NCBI GenBank assembly: GCA_015062285.1
Contig: SUUY01000002.1
Coordinates: 52,114 to 116,113 of the forward strand
Length of the DNA stretch: 64,000 nucleotides
From: Alphaproteobacteria bacterium
Lineage (GTDB): Bacteria; Pseudomonadota; Alphaproteobacteria; RF32; CAG-239
Reading direction: 5' to 3'
The notes beneath the pieces were generated by a model. It saw only the letters and a list, made by a program, of their open reading frames with translations, did not search any database and was not told the origin of the DNA. Position 1 is the stretch's first letter, and each line of letters opens with the position of its first letter. Made by a program: the position numbers and the translations under genes. Shown here piece after piece: positions 60,360-64,000 of the stretch.

Positions 60360-60953
60360 ATGCAAGAAAACAAATATATCGGCGATGAAAAAATGAACAA
60401 GCTGTTGGAGCATTATAGTTGCCCAACACCATTGGAAATTGTAAAAATGAGATTTATCGGAGCAATATGCAGCCCTAATTTAGAATTGCGTCCGACAGAT
60501 GTTATATCTTCATTTTGGCCGGCCGGACAATCTCCACGCCTACAAACCAAAGAAGAAGCTGATTTATTTTTTAAGTTTTTTATGGGGCTTTGGGACGAGG
60601 TTTTTGCAAAAATAAAAAACAACAAAATTAAACTCGAAAAACTTCCTTTCAAAAACTTGGAATATTATTGCCAACGCCGTTTTGCAGAAGTTGAACAGGG
60701 TTTTGTTGAAGGTTTTTGGGGAGGTCAAACTGATATTAAATTACCGGCATATTTGGCCGAGATAATAGACTCACTTTCTGATCTTGCCGGTGTATATGCC
60801 AGTCTGGAGCAAAAAATTACTAAAGGTTCCGATAAAGATGAAGTTATAAATGCTATAAATTCTGCAGATGGAATGGTAGAAAAAGCCATTGCATTTCTAA
60901 TAGAAAATTCAGTTTTACCGCGAATTGAAAGTTTGCAAAGAACAGTAAACTAA
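60360..60953 (+). CDS. Hypothetical protein (distantly UPF0149/YecA-like)
   Basis: CPTP...V..RF.GAI..P.....P..VI..FW, GFVEGF.GG; family assignment tentative. Confidence 0.7.
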   Translation: MQENKYIGDEKMNKLLEHYSCPTPLEIVKMRFIGAICSPNLELRPTDVISSFWPAGQSPRLQTKEEADLFFKFFMGLWDEVFAKIKNNKIKLEKLPFKNLEYYCQRRFAEVEQGFVEGFWGGQTDIKLPAYLAEIIDSLSDLAGVYASLEQKITKGSDKDEVINAINSADGMVEKAIAFLIENSVLPRIESLQRTVN

Positions 60954-60962
60954 AAGCAATAT

Positions 60963-61661
60963 TTATTCTTCACTTTGCGGATTTACATCTATGGAATATC
61001 CTGTTGCCCTTACCGTGCGGATATAGTCAGGACCATAGTCGTTTAGGGCTCGACGCAGTCGCCTTATATGCACGTCTACAGTACGAGATTCTACATAAAT
61101 GTTATCTCCCCACACATTTTTGAGCAAATATTCTCGAGAAAATACTTTTCCCGGAGTCTCAATCAACATTTTTAGCAACCTAAACTCAGTTGGTCCCAGA
61201 TGAATATAGTTATCTCCACGGAAAACTTTTTTCTCTACCATATCCATACGTATGTCCTCAAATACCAGTTCTTTTTCAGAACTTGGTTCCGGAGCGTGGC
61301 GAAGTTGGGTTTTTACCCGAGCCATAAGTTCTGGAACAGAAAAAGGTTTAGTCACATAATCATCAGCACCTGCCGTCAATCCCTTTACTTTATCTTCTTC
61401 TTCACCCTTAGCTGTAAGCATAATAATAGGTATAGTTTTAATGTCTGGTTTAGAGCGAATCAGTTTGCAAATTTCAACACCTGATATCTCAGGCAACATC
61501 CAATCCAACAATATTACCGAAGGATGATTCCTTTCAACTTCAGCTAATGCCTTGCTTCCTCTTGATTCTACAATGACATTATAGCCTTCTTTTTCAAGAT
61601 TATAACGCAGCATAAGTGCTATTGCCTCTTCATCTTCAATTATCATTACTGTATGTTGCAT
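60963..61661 (-). CDS. phoB: Phosphate regulon response regulator PhoB
   Basis: LDWMLP..SG.EIC, PIIMLTA.GEE.D.V.GL..GADDY.TKPFS, HLGPTEFRLL, VWG..IYVE.RTVDVHIRRLR, IRTVR..GY. Confidence 0.9.
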   Translation of the reverse strand: MQHTVMIIEDEEAIALMLRYNLEKEGYNVIVESRGSKALAEVERNHPSVILLDWMLPEISGVEICKLIRSKPDIKTIPIIMLTAKGEEEDKVKGLTAGADDYVTKPFSVPELMARVKTQLRHAPEPSSEKELVFEDIRMDMVEKKVFRGDNYIHLGPTEFRLLKMLIETPGKVFSREYLLKNVWGDNIYVESRTVDVHIRRLRRALNDYGPDYIRTVRATGYSIDVNPQSEE

Positions 61662-62314
61662 TATCTTTCTCCTATTGCTTGCTGTATAGCTATGATATTT
61701 TCTTGATATTTGCCGTCCTTAAAAATTGCTGTTCCTGCCACCAAAATATCTGCTCCGGCTTGAACTGCCATTGGTGCTGTTTGCAAGTTTATGCCTCCAT
61801 CTATTTCAATTTCGATATTTTTTGAACCGATAATTTGTTTTAATTGTGAAACCTTGTTTAATTGATCGTCCATAAATTTTTGTCCGCCAAATCCCGGTTC
61901 CACACTCATAATCAAAACCATGTCAATGTCATTGTACAGATTTTCTATAGCAGATAGCGGCGTTTGAGGCTTGAGAGAAACCGCGGATTTACAACCTAAA
62001 TAACGTATCTTTTGTAGTGTTTCTCTCAAATTGTTGCAAGCCTCGGCATGAACTGTGATTATATCAGATCCTGCAGTGGAAAACCAATCTATTTTATTAT
62101 CCGGATCATTTATCATTAAATGGACATCAAACGGGAGAGATGTCGTATTTCTCACACTTTTGATAAATTGTGCTCCAAATGTAAGATTAGGAACAAAACA
62201 ACCATCCATAACATCAAAATGCAATAAATCCGCTCCTGCTTTTTCGAGTTTTTTAATCTCAGAAGCCAAATTAGAAAAATCTGATGATAGTAAGCTGGGG
62301 GCTATTTTGACCAT
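61661..62314 (-). CDS. rpe: Ribulose-phosphate 3-epimerase
   Basis: IAPSLLS.DF, HFDVMDG.FVPN.TFG, DVHLM, MSV.PGFGGQ.F, IDGGI, VAG.AIF. Confidence 0.97.
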   Translation of the reverse strand: MVKIAPSLLSSDFSNLASEIKKLEKAGADLLHFDVMDGCFVPNLTFGAQFIKSVRNTTSLPFDVHLMINDPDNKIDWFSTAGSDIITVHAEACNNLRETLQKIRYLGCKSAVSLKPQTPLSAIENLYNDIDMVLIMSVEPGFGGQKFMDDQLNKVSQLKQIIGSKNIEIEIDGGINLQTAPMAVQAGADILVAGTAIFKDGKYQENIIAIQQAIGER

Positions 62315-62443
62315 TATCTCCTCCAATATATATAATATTACATCATACTGCTTATTTTTTAAAAGCCGGTTAATAAACCCTTGAATTTTTATCTTTTGTA
62401 ATTATCTGAAATTCAACTCAACAATAAACACAGGAGATATACT

Positions 62444-62944
62444 ATGGGTGAAATGGCGCAAAAAATTGTAGACCTTAATCGTGAAGAATTAATCAAAGAG
62501 CTTAATGTAGCTTTTGCGGAAGAATGGCTTGCATATTATCAATATTGGATTGGAGCAAAAGTTGCTGTTGGCATAATGCGGCCATCTATCATTGAGGAAT
62601 TTATTGAACATGCAAATGAAGAATTAAAACACGCAGAATGGATAAGTGATAGGATTGTTCAGCTTGGCGGAACTCCCGTTCTCGATCCGCAAGATTGGAA
62701 AAGTGTTGCACAATGTAAATATGATCCTCCGCTTGATCCGTACGTTTTGACATTGATTGATCAGAATCTTAATGCTGAACGCTGTGCAATTTCCCGTTAT
62801 CAAAAAATATGTGATATGACACACGGAAAAGATTATGAAACATTTAGAATATCTGAAAAAATCCTAAAAGAAGAGATTGAGCATGAACAGGAAATCGGTG
62901 ATTTGGGCGAAGACATCAGAACAACAATAGAAATGGTAAAATAA
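62444..62944 (+). CDS. Ferritin-like DPSL (Dps-like/bacterioferritin-related) protein
   Basis: EEWLAYYQYW, EE..HA..I..RI.QLGG.P, AERCAI, T.GKD..T, IL.EE.EHE. Confidence 0.88.
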   Translation: MGEMAQKIVDLNREELIKELNVAFAEEWLAYYQYWIGAKVAVGIMRPSIIEEFIEHANEELKHAEWISDRIVQLGGTPVLDPQDWKSVAQCKYDPPLDPYVLTLIDQNLNAERCAISRYQKICDMTHGKDYETFRISEKILKEEIEHEQEIGDLGEDIRTTIEMVK

Positions 62945-62977
62945 AATTTATATTCTAAATCTTTGTTTTGGAATCAT

Positions 62978-63009
62978 AAAACCGCTTAGTATAAAATTAG
63001 GCGGTTTTA
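62978..63009. terminator. Terminator after DPSL gene
   Basis: aaaaccgcttagt...attaggcggtttt. Confidence 0.7.
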
Positions 63010-63044
63010 TTTATTGACATATTAGCCGAAATATTTAAAATAAT

Positions 63045-63205
63045 GACAAATTGTAGAGTCGCATAAGACAAAATATGGGTTTTATCTGATAAATTGTGTC
63101 AAAGAAAACAAGCCATAATCAATCTCCAAATAATTGTCCGGTTTGTTTTTAGTTTGCAATTTGCAGATAAAAAAGGCCTGAAACGCACGTTTCAGGCCTT
63201 TTCTT
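63045..63205 (+). ncRNA. Candidate orphan small RNA
   Basis: TTGACA-16-TAAAAT (63014-63041), closing stem 63047-57/63153-63, two internal hairpins, then a terminator; no ORF of note. Confidence 0.4.
63170..63202. terminator. Bidirectional intrinsic terminator
   Basis: aaaaggcctgaaacg-ca-cgtttcaggcctttt. Confidence 0.88.
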
Positions 63206-63219
63206 ATTTTTTGCTTAAA

Positions 63220-64000
63220 TTAGATTTCACCTGTAGCGTAGCGTTTAGCCATTTCAGATAGTGTAACCGGCTTAATCTTATCGGCATTGCCGGCAGCTCC
63301 AAAAGCAATGAAGCGGGCTTCACATACTTTTTGCATCTCTTCAATTGCAGGTTTAAGATATTTGCGAGGATCAAACTCTTTCGGGTTCTCAGCAAAAATT
63401 TTGCGAATCGCACCAGTGATAGCCATACGGCAGTCAGTGTCTACATTCACTTTGCGAACTCCTGATTTGATTCCACGAACAATTTCTTCTACCGGAACAC
63501 CGTATGTTTGCGGAATTGCACCACCATATGCATTAATAAGATCTTGTAATTCTTGCGGAACAGATGATGATCCGTGCATAACCATATGAGTATTTGGTAA
63601 TTTCTTATGAATTTTTTCAATGGTTTCGATGGAAAGAATTTCTCCGTCAGGCTTACGAGTAAATTTATATGCACCATGAGATGTACCTACGGCAACAGCC
63701 AAAGCATCAAGCTTGGTTTCTTCTACAAAACGAGCAGCTTCATCAGGATCTGTCACCAAGCGTTTTTTATCAATCACGCCTTCTGCACCATGTCCGTCTT
63801 CTTTGTCGCCTTTTCCGGTTTCTAAAGATCCGATAACACCGAGTTCTCCTTCGACCGAAGCGCCGACAGCATGAGCTCTGGCAACAACTTCTTTCGTTAC
63901 CTTTACGTTATATTCAAAAGATGAAGGAGTTTTACCGTCAGCCTCAAGAGAACCGTCCATCATTACGGAAGAATAACCATTAACAATAGCAGACTGGCAA
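63220..64000 (-). CDS. fba: Fructose-bisphosphate aldolase class II (3' part; runs off window end)
   Basis: SVMMDGSL, VEGELG, A.GTSHGAYKF.RKP.G, VMHGSSSVP, GVRKVN.DTD.R, EFDPRKYL. Confidence 0.96.
   Translation of the reverse strand, partial: CQSAIVNGYSSVMMDGSLEADGKTPSSFEYNVKVTKEVVARAHAVGASVEGELGVIGSLETGKGDKEDGHGAEGVIDKKRLVTDPDEAARFVEETKLDALAVAVGTSHGAYKFTRKPDGEILSIETIEKIHKKLPNTHMVMHGSSSVPQELQDLINAYGGAIPQTYGVPVEEIVRGIKSGVRKVNVDTDCRMAITGAIRKIFAENPKEFDPRKYLKPAIEEMQKVCEARFIAFGAAGNADKIKPVTLSEMAKRYATGEI

Overview
AT-rich bacterial chromosome segment, most likely a host-associated Alphaproteobacterium. Evidence: divergent secA/parvulin pair, FzlA, FlaF and the secB-Tim44-mltA-Smr cluster; an RF32/Rhodospirillales-like gut lineage is my inference. 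It carries housekeeping genes (secA and fba truncated at the window edges, gltX, thrS, argS, dtd, rpe, phoB), a glgB-glgX-malQ cluster, an RND efflux operon, a fadL-like porin, a Bat-type VWA/TPR operon without moxR, tRNA-Leu(CAA) and tRNA-Phe(GAA). The main accessory region is an ~11.5 kb integrase-less island right after tRNA-Phe (about 27820-39310). It holds a type I restriction-modification operon (hsdR-X-Y-hsdS-Z-hsdM) with three embedded uncharacterised genes: a coiled-coil 2-TM protein, a 2-TM TPR protein and a coiled-coil Zn-ribbon protein. This operon is bracketed by two related long palindromes (13-8-13 and 14-9-14 bp, lox/FRT-like geometry) and followed by a RhuM-Fic/Doc gene. Several structured non-coding elements were also seen: a c4-antisense-like switchable leader after thrS and a candidate sRNA or dif-like site between dpsL and fba. 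All family calls come from motif recognition by eye; no database searches were run.
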